The position numbers were made by a program, and so were the translations under genes. Positions 47,802 through 57,472 of a stretch of 64,000 nt of DNA are shown here, one piece after another (within the stretch, counting starts at the first letter, position 1; every line of letters starts with the position of its first letter). The DNA is from Candidatus Hydrogenedentota bacterium (GTDB lineage: Bacteria > Hydrogenedentota > Hydrogenedentia > Hydrogenedentales > SLHB01). Below the pieces are notes generated by a model. It saw nothing but the letters and a program-made list of their open reading frames with translations. It searched no databases and had not been told where the DNA came from. The stretch lies in contig CAXXTH010000017.1 in the NCBI GenBank assembly GCA_963668025.2, positions 384,001 to 448,000 of the forward strand, given 5' to 3'.

Positions 47802-49390
47802 TGGATGACGGGCGCTCGGAGGCGCGCCAACAGGCCATTCTGGCCGTGCTGGTGGCGTTTGCCGTGATTGGCGGGCTGGGCGGCATGCCGCTGTTCGACC
47901 GCGACGAAGGCGCATTTTCGGAAGCAACGCGCGAGATGGTTTCGAGCGGCAACTATCTCATGACGTATTTGAACGGCGAGCCGCGCTACGATAAGCCCAT
48001 TCTGATTTATTGGTTCCAGGCCGTATCGATGCATATTTTTGGCGTGAATGCATTCGCCGTGCGATTTCCATCCGCCGTGGCCGCCGCATTGTGGGCGCTG
48101 ATTACATACCGCTTCACGAAGCGCCATTTCGGCGCGCCGAGCGCGTTTCCCGCCGCCTTCATGCTCGTGGCGGCCATACAAATCAACCTGATCGCCAAGG
48201 CCGCCATCGCCGACGCCCTGCTCAATCTCTTGCTGGCGGCCACGATGTTCCAGGCGTACGCCTATTATGAATCCGCACGCAAGCGCGACCTCCACCTTGC
48301 CGCCGTAATGATGGCCCTCGGCATGCTCACCAAGGGGCCGGTAGCGGTATTGATTCCCTTGGGTGCGTCCTTCATTTTTTGCTGGTCCAACAAGGAGCTG
48401 AAACGCTGGCTGCACGCCGTGTTCAATCCCGCCGCCATTGCGATTTTCTTGATCATCTCCGCGCCTTGGTATATCTATGCCATCGCCACCCAAGGGTCCG
48501 CCTATCTCGACCAATTCTGGCTGAAACACAACGTGAAGCGGTTTACTACGCCCCTCGAGGGCCATGGTGGGAGCCTGCTCTATTATTGCTTCGTAGTGCC
48601 CATTGGCCTGCTTCCCTACACCGCGCTGTTGTTCAAGGCGCTGCGGCGGACAAAGATATACTGGGGAGCGCCTGAAACGCGTTTCTTGCTGGCATGGTTC
48701 TTCTTCGTATTCGTGTTCTTCAGCCTCTCGGGCACGAAACTGCACCATTACGTCATTTATGGCTATACGCCGATGCTGATCCTCATGGCGCTCGAACTGC
48801 CGCGCGTGCGCCATCCCTTCTTGCTGGCCTTACCCGCGCTGCTGCTCATGGGAGTGTTGCTTTTACTACCGGGCACGCTGCCTTGGGTGGCGGGCCGCGT
48901 GAACGACGCCTTCGCCGCCCAAGTCGTGTCGGAAGCGGGCCCCTACTTTGATGCGCGCTACATGGCGGGCATGACCATCGCCTTTATCGCGCTGCTGGGG
49001 ATTGCATTCGCGCCCCGCATTCCCATCGCCGCACGGCTCGTAGGGATGGGCATTATCGTCCTTTTAGCGCTCAATTGCTGCGTAGGGCCGGTCGTGAGCG
49101 CGCTCCAGCAAGGGCCCGTGGTGGAAGCGGCGGCCATCGCGAAGGCGCATGATTATGACGTGGTGCTCTGGGAAGCCGATAATCCCAGCTTCGCTTTCTA
49201 CCAGGAAAAAGCATCCATGGTCCGCGCCCCAAAAGATGGCGACATTGTGTTCACGAAGAAGATTTGCCTCGAACGGCTGGAAGAATACGAGACCCTATTC
49301 GAGCGGCACGGCCTGGCCCTCGTGCGGGTCATCCATGCGGGCGAGGGAGCCGCTCAAACAGTCGAGGGCATGCCGCGAAACATGAAATAG
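47798..49390 (+). CDS. ArnT/GT39-family polyprenyl-phosphate-sugar glycosyltransferase
   Basis: DRDEG, REM, DKP.L.YW, RFPSA, LTKGP, PWY, K.HHY. ATGA overlap with the PAP2 gene. Confidence 0.85.
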   Translation: MMDDGRSEARQQAILAVLVAFAVIGGLGGMPLFDRDEGAFSEATREMVSSGNYLMTYLNGEPRYDKPILIYWFQAVSMHIFGVNAFAVRFPSAVAAALWALITYRFTKRHFGAPSAFPAAFMLVAAIQINLIAKAAIADALLNLLLAATMFQAYAYYESARKRDLHLAAVMMALGMLTKGPVAVLIPLGASFIFCWSNKELKRWLHAVFNPAAIAIFLIISAPWYIYAIATQGSAYLDQFWLKHNVKRFTTPLEGHGGSLLYYCFVVPIGLLPYTALLFKALRRTKIYWGAPETRFLLAWFFFVFVFFSLSGTKLHHYVIYGYTPMLILMALELPRVRHPFLLALPALLLMGVLLLLPGTLPWVAGRVNDAFAAQVVSEAGPYFDARYMAGMTIAFIALLGIAFAPRIPIAARLVGMGIIVLLALNCCVGPVVSALQQGPVVEAAAIAKAHDYDVVLWEADNPSFAFYQEKASMVRAPKDGDIVFTKKICLERLEEYETLFERHGLALVRVIHAGEGAAQTVEGMPRNMK

Positions 49391-49707
49391 GCGGCCCCGG
49401 CTAGGCAGCATCCCGCCCAGAGATAATCCAGTTTCAACGGTTCGCGCATATACACCACCGCGAACACCGCGAACACGCACATGGTGATGACTTCCTGCAT
49501 CACCTTCAACTGGCCTAGCGAATAAAACTCGTGGCCAATGCGGTTGGCGGGCACTTGCAGGCAGTACTCGAAAAAAGCTACGCCCCAGCTCACCATCACG
49601 GCGACGAAAATGGCCTTCCCACGCATATCGCGCAGATGGCCATACCAGGCATAAGTCATGAAACAATTGGAGCCAATCAACAACAGAATCGTAGAATACT
49701 TATTCAT
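49354..49707 (-). CDS. DMT-family small membrane protein (DUF486-like)
   Basis: MNKYSTILLL..SN.FMT.AWYGHL...SWG.AFFEY.LQVPANRIG...QLKVMQEVIT. Own ATG at 49707 with a GAGG RBS, although in frame with the upstream ORF. Confidence 0.8.
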   Translation of the reverse strand: MNKYSTILLLIGSNCFMTYAWYGHLRDMRGKAIFVAVMVSWGVAFFEYCLQVPANRIGHEFYSLGQLKVMQEVITMCVFAVFAVVYMREPLKLDYLWAGCCLAGAAYFMFRGMPSTV

Positions 49708-49861
49708 CCTCTTGCCTTCATCATGGGGAAAACCGGCAGGTTTCCATTGCATCGCCATGCACAGAGCACGGCGAAACCAGCGGCGCATTGTACTGGATGA
49801 AAGGCAAAATCCCCAAACACGCAAGACGGTAAATCCAAGCGATGGAGAAGCCGGCGCCTCT

Positions 49862-50796
49862 TCAGTTTTGTGGTTGGGCGGGTTGTGTTTTTGGCAATCG
49901 GTCTTGCTTTTCTTTTCAAAATCCGCCCGAATGCGGGCGATTTTGGCCAATAGCTCCGGCGCAGGCTCGATGGTGCGCAGGAGATTCGGATAGTATCCCT
50001 CCCAATCCTTATATCCGGATTGTTTCGCTTTTTCGAGGCGCTGCTCGTACGGGAGATCCGTCATCATCAAGTCGAAGATCATCAGGAAAGGCTCGGAGAA
50101 CTGTGTGAGTCCCGAATCGCCCTTGGTCACACTGATATAGTAATGTCTGGATTTGAGATCCCTCACTTCACTCTCATATTTACCACGTATGTCTTGAAGC
50201 AATTCTTCGTTCGTGGGCTTGGGTGGGGGCGGCCAGTCGCCTAAGCCCCAGGAAATCGCCTCGCCATCCGCGGATACGATATCGAAACAGCCCTCATGGA
50301 AATACGCTGGATTATATCGCACTTTCCAGTCCGCATCTTCCCGCTGGCTGGCTTTCTCGAGATCGGCCACCAATCGACGGGTGGCCTCTTCTTTGGGAAA
50401 ATGCTGGATATAATACATTTCCTTGGCATTCCAAAACGCATGCGCCGCTTCACATTTGGTTTCGGGTTTGTAAAAGGTAATGGGATTGCCTCCATTCGGT
50501 GGTTCACTAGGATTTTCTTCGATGAGCTCCGGATCCGGAATCGGCCAGTATTCCCAAGGAGTCGAGATCGGCTGGCCGTTCAAATACAGGTTCAAACCGC
50601 GCCGTTCCACGATATACGGTTCCGGCGCATAGGCACCGTTCATGATGAGAATCGCCCCATCGCGGATCTCGGTCTTTTCCTGCCCAAACTCCTGGATGAG
50701 CCGTTGCTCGACTTCCAGATTGACTTCTACTGCGCAGGCGGGGTATGCGAGGAGGGCAGCCATTGCGGCAAGAATTGAAGCGAAGTGCATACGCAT
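49862..50796 (-). CDS. Secreted hypothetical protein, paralog A (3' end frameshifted or read through into the DMT gene)
   Basis: Signal peptide and strong identity to 50864-51820 (NLEVEQRLI.EFGQEKTEI.DGA, ADLEKASQREDADWKVR, DWPPPPKPTNEELL). No in-frame stop before the DMT gene; a -1 frame stop lies at 49862-49864. Confidence 0.65.
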
Positions 50797-50863
50797 GGCG
50801 ATGGTTCTCCCTTCCTGCCATATAACTATCATGACCGGGCACAACGAATGGCTCAAAGGCGAA

Positions 50864-51820
50864 TTACTTCATCAACTGCTCGAATTTCTGTAGTTTCTCT
50901 TGTAAAGCGGGCCGGTCACGTAGAAGCCCTCTTCGGTTGCTTTCGATTTTATTCACGAGCTCCGGCGTGGGCTCGAGCGTTTCGGTAAGTAAACGCTGAT
51001 ACGCTTCCCATTGCTTAAAATTGAACTGCCGGGCTTTTTCGAGGCGCTGTTCATAAGACAGGCTCGACATCATGAGGTCAAGCACGATCATCAGGCCTTC
51101 GTTATAACTCGCCTGTAATGCGCTACCCTTGCTTGTTCCAATGATGAACATGCTTTTCCTGCGCAAATTATCAACGTTGGATTTATACCCCACGCGAACG
51201 TTCGCTAGCAATTCCTCGTTGGTGGGTTTTGGCGGGGGCGGCCAGTCGCACAAGCTCCATCCGATAGCCATTCCCGCTGGCGAAATGATTTCAATGAATC
51301 CGTCTTTCATCCCCCCTGGAGTGGAGCGCACTTTCCAGTCCGCATCTTCTCGCTGGCTGGCCTTTTCGAGGTCGGCCGCCAGGCGTTGCGCGGCCTCCTC
51401 CTTGGAGTAATGCTGGACGTAGTACATTTCCTTGGCGTCCCAAAAGGCGTGGGCGGGCTCATAGATCTCTTTTGTCTCGTAAAAGTCGATGGGATTGCCT
51501 CCGTTGGGCGGTTCGCCAGGATCAATCTCCACGAGTTCCGGCTCCGGAATGGGCCAACACTCCCACGGTGTGTTGTGGGGGATTTCATTTTGATACAGGT
51601 TCAAACCGCGCCGCTCGACGATATACGGCTCCAGCACATACTTGCCATCGACAATGAGAACTGCTCCGTCATTGATCTCTGTCTTTTCCTGCCCAAACTC
51701 CTCGATGAGCCGTTGCTCGACTTCCAGGTTGATTGCTGTTTGGGCATAGACGGTAAAAGACATGCACGCGAGAAATCCAAAGGCTATCCAACGGCTTGAA
51801 GCAAGAGGATTTCGTATCAT
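50864..51820 (-). CDS. Secreted hypothetical protein, paralog B
   Basis: Signal peptide (VYA cleavage site), near-duplicate of the downstream gene. Confidence 0.75.
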   Translation of the reverse strand: MIRNPLASSRWIAFGFLACMSFTVYAQTAINLEVEQRLIEEFGQEKTEINDGAVLIVDGKYVLEPYIVERRGLNLYQNEIPHNTPWECWPIPEPELVEIDPGEPPNGGNPIDFYETKEIYEPAHAFWDAKEMYYVQHYSKEEAAQRLAADLEKASQREDADWKVRSTPGGMKDGFIEIISPAGMAIGWSLCDWPPPPKPTNEELLANVRVGYKSNVDNLRRKSMFIIGTSKGSALQASYNEGLMIVLDLMMSSLSYEQRLEKARQFNFKQWEAYQRLLTETLEPTPELVNKIESNRRGLLRDRPALQEKLQKFEQLMK

Positions 51821-51911
51821 GAGAAAACTCCCTTCCAGCCATATGTTCGTCGTGCTGCATTCAACACGGCGTATATGCCCAAAGACGCCTCGCATCTCTC
51901 ATCGCATTCGT

Positions 51912-53207
51912 TTACTCTTGGCCTTGGGTTGCAATGTCCGGGGCGGATGGCATCGGTGCAATGCCAGCCTCGATTTGTTTCTTTTCCAATTCCGTGCATA
52001 GCGCTTGCAGTTTGTCAATAAAGGCCTCTGAGTTTTCACGTATGTTTACGGCCATCGCACGCGCATAGGTGCGATCACCACCAAAAAGCTCATTGAGCAG
52101 GCATTCAGACTGTAGGATAGATAAGCCAGACCCACTAACAACAGCATCAAGGAGCCATTTAAGATTCATATACGAAGCAACTCCTCCTTGAACGCCATTC
52201 TCTTGAATCATCAGCACTTCAGGCTCTCCAAGGTTCTGTCGATAAAAATCCAATTGGGTTTGCGCCATTTCCTTAGCAGTGATATTTACAGACATATTAT
52301 CCTTGAGTGGCCTACCCGTATTTATATCCATTGGACCAATGATAGGGTCAGCCGGAATATCTGGTTTATCAATGTACGTGATTACAATAACCGGATCGTA
52401 GATCGAAACCTCGTCGGAAAGAATGCGGCTCACAATTCGCTGGGTCTTGAGAAAATCGCGTATCTTCTCCTTAGCGGTTTCAGGTCCATATTTATCCACC
52501 AATTGCGGCAAAAGAACGTAACTTAGATATCTGCTCAAGGAATTCTTATCCTCGAACTGCCCCGACTCCGGCAAGGCGGGTAAAGGTTGCTCCGGCTTGG
52601 GTTCGGGAGGAGTCCTATCAAACGATGCCACTACCAATCCATTAATCGTTACATTGGAATGGTAATCATCGGGAGTTTCTGTGCCCAAAAAATACGGTCC
52701 CGGAATATAGTGGCCCTTGTACACGAGAATTCCGGTATCCAGAGTTTCATCGGTTCCCTTTGCCGATACCATGGGCGGGACGGACGTGGTGCATGATTCT
52801 ATTACGTCTGCCTCGGTTAAGGCCGGATCATAGTTAGGGGAAATCTCGGCCTTGACATGCCATATATTACCCTCTTCTTCAATTCGGGCGCCCGGGGAGA
52901 CGTTTATATTCGACGCCCACCATACGGCATCTGACCACGAATCTGGCCGATAGATAGACGCATATGTCTGCACGTCGCAGTCGTATACGACCGTACGCCC
53001 CGTCTGTCTGGCGATCTCATTGATGATATCCTTGGTGGGAACGCAGCGGGCCTCGACGTTGATCTTCCCGTTCTCCCCCACGGTAACCTTGAGGTGGCCA
53101 ATCGGAAGGCTCCTCACATCTGCCGCCAGCGCCTGCCCGCTGATTGCTAGAATCAGCGATAGAGATGCAAATATGACGAACAATCGCGCATTGCTTCCCA
53201 TCATCAT
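51912..53207 (-). CDS. Secreted hypothetical protein with an N-terminal STN/secretin-N0-like region, distant paralog C
   Basis: Signal peptide ALA, INVEAR.VP..DIINEIARQTGR.V (STN-like). GILVYKGHYIPGPY...INGLVV resembles GAILIMNGAYAPEPY...LNGQPI in paralog A. Visibly AT-richer than its flanks. Confidence 0.6.
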   Translation of the reverse strand: MMMGSNARLFVIFASLSLILAISGQALAADVRSLPIGHLKVTVGENGKINVEARCVPTKDIINEIARQTGRTVVYDCDVQTYASIYRPDSWSDAVWWASNINVSPGARIEEEGNIWHVKAEISPNYDPALTEADVIESCTTSVPPMVSAKGTDETLDTGILVYKGHYIPGPYFLGTETPDDYHSNVTINGLVVASFDRTPPEPKPEQPLPALPESGQFEDKNSLSRYLSYVLLPQLVDKYGPETAKEKIRDFLKTQRIVSRILSDEVSIYDPVIVITYIDKPDIPADPIIGPMDINTGRPLKDNMSVNITAKEMAQTQLDFYRQNLGEPEVLMIQENGVQGGVASYMNLKWLLDAVVSGSGLSILQSECLLNELFGGDRTYARAMAVNIRENSEAFIDKLQALCTELEKKQIEAGIAPMPSAPDIATQGQE

Positions 53208-53504
53208 AGTGGAGCCTCCTTTTGGATACGATGCTTAGAGTGGTTTAGGTGAGCCGGTGGGCATGCAGCGGGGGAATGGGCGAGTGAATAGAGGATCCAC
53301 CAGAAATGGCGCATGGCGCTAACCTCCCGTATGCATACAATAGCCTGGCGTAGCCTTACTATTTATACCATATTTTCCATCGAACAACGCATACTTTTTT
53401 TATTTCCATAACTATTTCATATAAGCGACAGGATATTGCAATACATACAGACATTCATCGGTGAAAAATGAGCAAACATGGAAATATGTACTCGTCAGAA
53501 TTTT

Positions 53505-54374
53505 TTATTTGGCTTGCATTAGGAGCGCTTTCAGCCGGGGATATTGTTCGAGGAGGTGTTGCGGCAGAGGCGATGCGGGCGCGGGCTGGCCAAGGCCGTG
53601 CTGGAGTTCGATGGCGTTCACGACCGCCTGGCCCCGGTAGTGGTTGTTGGTGATGATGAACATCTCGTCCGTCCGGGCGCGGATGGCCTGGATGCGGGTG
53701 AGCCAGGATTCGAGTTCTCCGGCGTTGTAGAGGTAATCGTACCGCGCGTTGCGGCCCGCGCCTTCTTGAAACCAATGGGCGGCGTTGCGTCCATGGAACC
53801 GTACATACGAAAAAGGCGCGGTCACGGCGTCCACGGGGCCGATGCAATCGTGCAGGAGGGGCTGGTCGATGCTGCAAATGGCCACGCGCCGTTCCCGCAG
53901 GCCCTCGAACACCTCGGGCCGGTCCCACGAGGCGTGGCGGAATTCGACGGCTACGGGCCAGCCTTCGAAGGCGTCGAGGATGCGCGCCAGTTTAAGGCGG
54001 TTGGGGGGCGTGCGCCGGAAGCTCCAGGGAAATTGGGCCAGCAATGCCCCGAGCCGCCCGGCATCCGCGAGAGGCTCCATGGCCGCGCGCACGGCGTCCA
54101 CGTCCACGGCGCTGAATTCCACATCTTCATGGGTGAACCGGCCCCAGAGTTTCAGCAGAAACCGGAAGTCCGCCTCGGCGGGCAGCAGCCGCACCCACGA
54201 TTCGGCGGCGCTTCGCGGCAAGGGTCGGTAAAAGGTGGCGTTCACCTCGACCGTGTTGAACCATTGGCTGAGCCACGCCAGCGGGTGGGTCTTCATGCCG
54301 GGCGGATACACGATGCCGTTCCAGTCGGCATACGACCAGCCCGCCGTTCCGATATAGACCCGCCCCTCGGCCAT
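53505..54374 (-). CDS. DUF72 (YecE-like) protein
   Basis: IGTAGWSY.DW...YP, VEVNATFY, QFPWSF, VEFRH.SW, YVRFHGRN, RYDYLY, NNH..GQA. Confidence 0.9.
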   Translation of the reverse strand: MAEGRVYIGTAGWSYADWNGIVYPPGMKTHPLAWLSQWFNTVEVNATFYRPLPRSAAESWVRLLPAEADFRFLLKLWGRFTHEDVEFSAVDVDAVRAAMEPLADAGRLGALLAQFPWSFRRTPPNRLKLARILDAFEGWPVAVEFRHASWDRPEVFEGLRERRVAICSIDQPLLHDCIGPVDAVTAPFSYVRFHGRNAAHWFQEGAGRNARYDYLYNAGELESWLTRIQAIRARTDEMFIITNNHYRGQAVVNAIELQHGLGQPAPASPLPQHLLEQYPRLKALLMQAK

Positions 54375-54497
54375 TGACTCCGTTCCCTCCGCTACATAAT
54401 GCCATTGCATTATATCGTGGCATGGCAGTCCCGGCCATGTGCATGTGCATGTGCGGGACGCTCATGCTACGAGATTGTGTAGTGTTCAATCCCCAGC

Positions 54498-54526
54498 TTC
54501 AACACGCGCGCGGCATGTGGTATAGT
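54498..54526 (+). promoter_or_regulatory. Putative sigma70 promoter of leuS
   Basis: TTCAAC-17 bp-TATAGT with an extended -10 TG. Confidence 0.35.
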
Positions 54527-54594
54527 TTTCCTTCGCCATGATTTCCCAACGTTACCCTTGTTTTAACACATGGCGGATGGAGGCCGGTTTTTTC

Positions 54595-57198
54595 ATGTCG
54601 AATGGTATATACGATCATCAGTCTATTGAAGCGAAGTGGCAAGCGTATTGGCTACAGAATAAAACGTTCCGCTCGGAATTGGATCCCGCGAAACCCAAGT
54701 ATTACGTCCTCGATATGTTCCCGTATCCGAGCGGCGACGGGCTGCACGTGGGGCATCCGGAAGGCTACACCGCCACGGACATCATCGCGCGTTACAAGCG
54801 CATGCGTGGCTTCAGCGTGCTGCACCCCATGGGTTGGGACGCCTTCGGGCTCCCCGCCGAGCGCCACGCCGTACGCACGGGCGAGCATCCGGCCATCATC
54901 ACCAAGAAAAACTGCGAGACCTTCAAGCGCCAGATCCAATCCCTTGGCCTTTCCTACGACTGGGACCGCGAGATATCAACGACCGATCCGGATTACTACA
55001 AGTGGACCCAATGGATCTTTACGATCCTCTTCGAGCGCGGGCTGGCCTACAAGACCGAGATGCCCGTGAATTGGTGTCCCGCGCTGGGCACCGTCCTGGC
55101 TAACGAGGAGGTGAAGGACGGGCGCTATGTCGAGACGGGCGACCCCGTCGTGAAGCGCCCCATGAAGCAGTGGATGCTCAAGATCACGGAATACGCCGAA
55201 CGCCTGCTCGAAGACCTCGAAGGCCTGGATTGGCCCGAAGGCATCAAGGCCATGCAGCGCGAGTGGATCGGCCGGAGCGAAGGCGCGGATGTCGTCTTCA
55301 AGGTGGCCGGGACGAACCAGCAGTTCACCGTGTTCACCACACGCCCCGACACCCTGTTCGGCGCGACCTATTGCGTCCTGGCCCCGGAACACCCGCTCAC
55401 GCGGACCATCGCCACGCCTGAACAGCGCGGGGCGGTCGAGGCCTACCTCGACGACGCCGCCAAGAAGAGCGCGCAAGACCGCATGAAGGAAGAGCGCGAA
55501 AAGACGGGCGTCTTCACGGGCGCATATGCCGTCAATCCGGTGAACGGCCAAGAAACGCCCATCTGGACCGCCGACTATGTCCTCGCCGAATACGGCTACG
55601 GAGCCATCATGGCCGTGCCCGCCCACGACACGCGCGACCACGAGTTCGCCCGCAAGTTCGGCCTCCCCATCATCGAGGTCATCGGCGGCGAGCCGGTGGA
55701 TGTCCAGCAGGAGGCGTGGACCGGCAACGGCACGCTGGTGCATTCTGGATACGATGCCATGGCGGATATCCCCGAACAGCAGCGTAAAAACCTCGAAGGC
55801 TGCTGGAAAGATCCGCAATGCGCGATCAGCATTAACGGCCTTTCGGTGCCGGAAGCGAAAAAGAAAATATCGGCCTGGCTCGAAGCGCAAGGCATCGGCA
55901 AGGCTACTGTCACCTACCGTCTTCGCGACTGGCTCTTCTCGCGCCAGCGCTATTGGGGTGAGCCGTTCCCGCTGGTGGAACTCGAAAACGGCGAGGTGCG
56001 CGCCGTGCCAATGACGGACTTGCCGGTAGCGCTTCCTGAATTGGATGCCTATAAACCTACACAAGACGGACAGCCGCCGCTGGCGCGCGCCACGGGGTGG
56101 GTGAATACGACATACAATGGCCAGCCCGCCATGCGCGAGACCAACACCATGCCCCAATGGGCCGGGTCATGCTGGTATTACCTGCGCTTCGTCGATGCGC
56201 GCAACAACGCCGCCGCGTGGTCGCCCGAGGCCGAACAATACTGGATGCCCGTGGACCTCTACGTGGGCGGGGCCGAGCACGCCGTGCTGCATCTGCTCTA
56301 CGCCCGTTTCTGGCACAAGGTGCTGTATGACGCGGGTTACGTGACGACGAAGGAGCCCTTCCAGAAGCTCTTCAATCAAGGTATGATCCTCGCCTATTCA
56401 TATCAGGATGAAAAGGGGAAATATTACTACCCTCATCAAGTCGAGAAACGCGGCGAAACGTGGTACGTGAAAGGCACGGATACGTCCGTGCATACGCAAG
56501 TCGAAAAGATGAGCAAGTCGCGCTACAACGTGGTCAACCCCGACGACGTGGTGCGTGAGTTGGGCGCGGACTCGATGCGCCTCTACGAAATGTTCATGGG
56601 CCCCCTCGAACGCGACAAGCCATGGACCGACGAGGGCATCCAAGGCGTCCACCGTTTCCTCAAACGCGCCTGGGCGCTCTTCATCACCGAAGACGGCGGG
56701 CTGAGTGCGAAGCTCGTGGAATCGGGCGGCGATGCGTCCGTGCGCAAGACGCTCCACCAAGCCATCAAGTCCGTGACTTATGACATCGAGCATATGCTGT
56801 TCAATACCGCCATCGCGCGGCTCATGGAATTCGTGAACGCCGCGACGCGCGCCCAGTCCGTGGACCGAGCCGATCTCGAATCTTTCGTGCTGATTCTAGC
56901 CCCTTTCGCGCCCCACATGGCGGAAGAGTTGTGGGAGCGCCTGGGCCATGGCGAGTCGCTGGCCTACGCGCCTTGGCCCGGGTACGACGAGAGCCTGCTC
57001 GTCGAGAACACGGTCGAATTGCCCGTACAAGTCAACGGCAAACTGCGCGCTACGATACAAGTCGCCGCCGACGCCGGAAAAGAAACGCTCATCGAAGCCG
57101 CCAAGGCCGACGCGAACGTCCAGCGCTGGCTCGAAGGTAAACAGCTCGTGAAAGAGATCGCCGTGCCCGGCAAGATGGTGAGCTTCGTGGTGAAGTGA
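54595..57198 (+). CDS. leuS: Leucine--tRNA ligase
   Basis: [56 protein letters not shown]. Confidence 0.97.
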   Translation: MSNGIYDHQSIEAKWQAYWLQNKTFRSELDPAKPKYYVLDMFPYPSGDGLHVGHPEGYTATDIIARYKRMRGFSVLHPMGWDAFGLPAERHAVRTGEHPAIITKKNCETFKRQIQSLGLSYDWDREISTTDPDYYKWTQWIFTILFERGLAYKTEMPVNWCPALGTVLANEEVKDGRYVETGDPVVKRPMKQWMLKITEYAERLLEDLEGLDWPEGIKAMQREWIGRSEGADVVFKVAGTNQQFTVFTTRPDTLFGATYCVLAPEHPLTRTIATPEQRGAVEAYLDDAAKKSAQDRMKEEREKTGVFTGAYAVNPVNGQETPIWTADYVLAEYGYGAIMAVPAHDTRDHEFARKFGLPIIEVIGGEPVDVQQEAWTGNGTLVHSGYDAMADIPEQQRKNLEGCWKDPQCAISINGLSVPEAKKKISAWLEAQGIGKATVTYRLRDWLFSRQRYWGEPFPLVELENGEVRAVPMTDLPVALPELDAYKPTQDGQPPLARATGWVNTTYNGQPAMRETNTMPQWAGSCWYYLRFVDARNNAAAWSPEAEQYWMPVDLYVGGAEHAVLHLLYARFWHKVLYDAGYVTTKEPFQKLFNQGMILAYSYQDEKGKYYYPHQVEKRGETWYVKGTDTSVHTQVEKMSKSRYNVVNPDDVVRELGADSMRLYEMFMGPLERDKPWTDEGIQGVHRFLKRAWALFITEDGGLSAKLVESGGDASVRKTLHQAIKSVTYDIEHMLFNTAIARLMEFVNAATRAQSVDRADLESFVLILAPFAPHMAEELWERLGHGESLAYAPWPGYDESLLVENTVELPVQVNGKLRATIQVAADAGKETLIEAAKADANVQRWLEGKQLVKEIAVPGKMVSFVVK

Positions 57199-57212
57199 TA
57201 TATCGCTAATCC

Positions 57213-57318
57213 GTCATCCCCGCGAAAGGGGATTTTAAAAATGGAGCAATCAAGCCAAAACAGAGAGATGCTAGTGAAATACACCAAAGAGGACATGAAT
57301 ACGATAGATTGCTGCCGC
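57213..57318. repeat. Dispersed ~106-bp repeat copy 2
   Basis: Shares AAAAATGGAGCA, CAAGCCAAAACA and GTGAAATACACCAAAGAG, in the same order and spacing, with 36694-36800. Confidence 0.7.
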
Positions 57319-57472
57319 TTTGAGTGTGAGGGTATAGTTTAGGTAGGTGTTTCGGCAGCTAAGGCAATCCGTGTAAGCGTGTATAGTATTTTTGCAAGGT
57401 CTCGATAGCAGAGATCTCAAATATCGTACAGGCGGTGATTGGTGCAAAGAAACGTGAGTAAAAGGAGTGACT

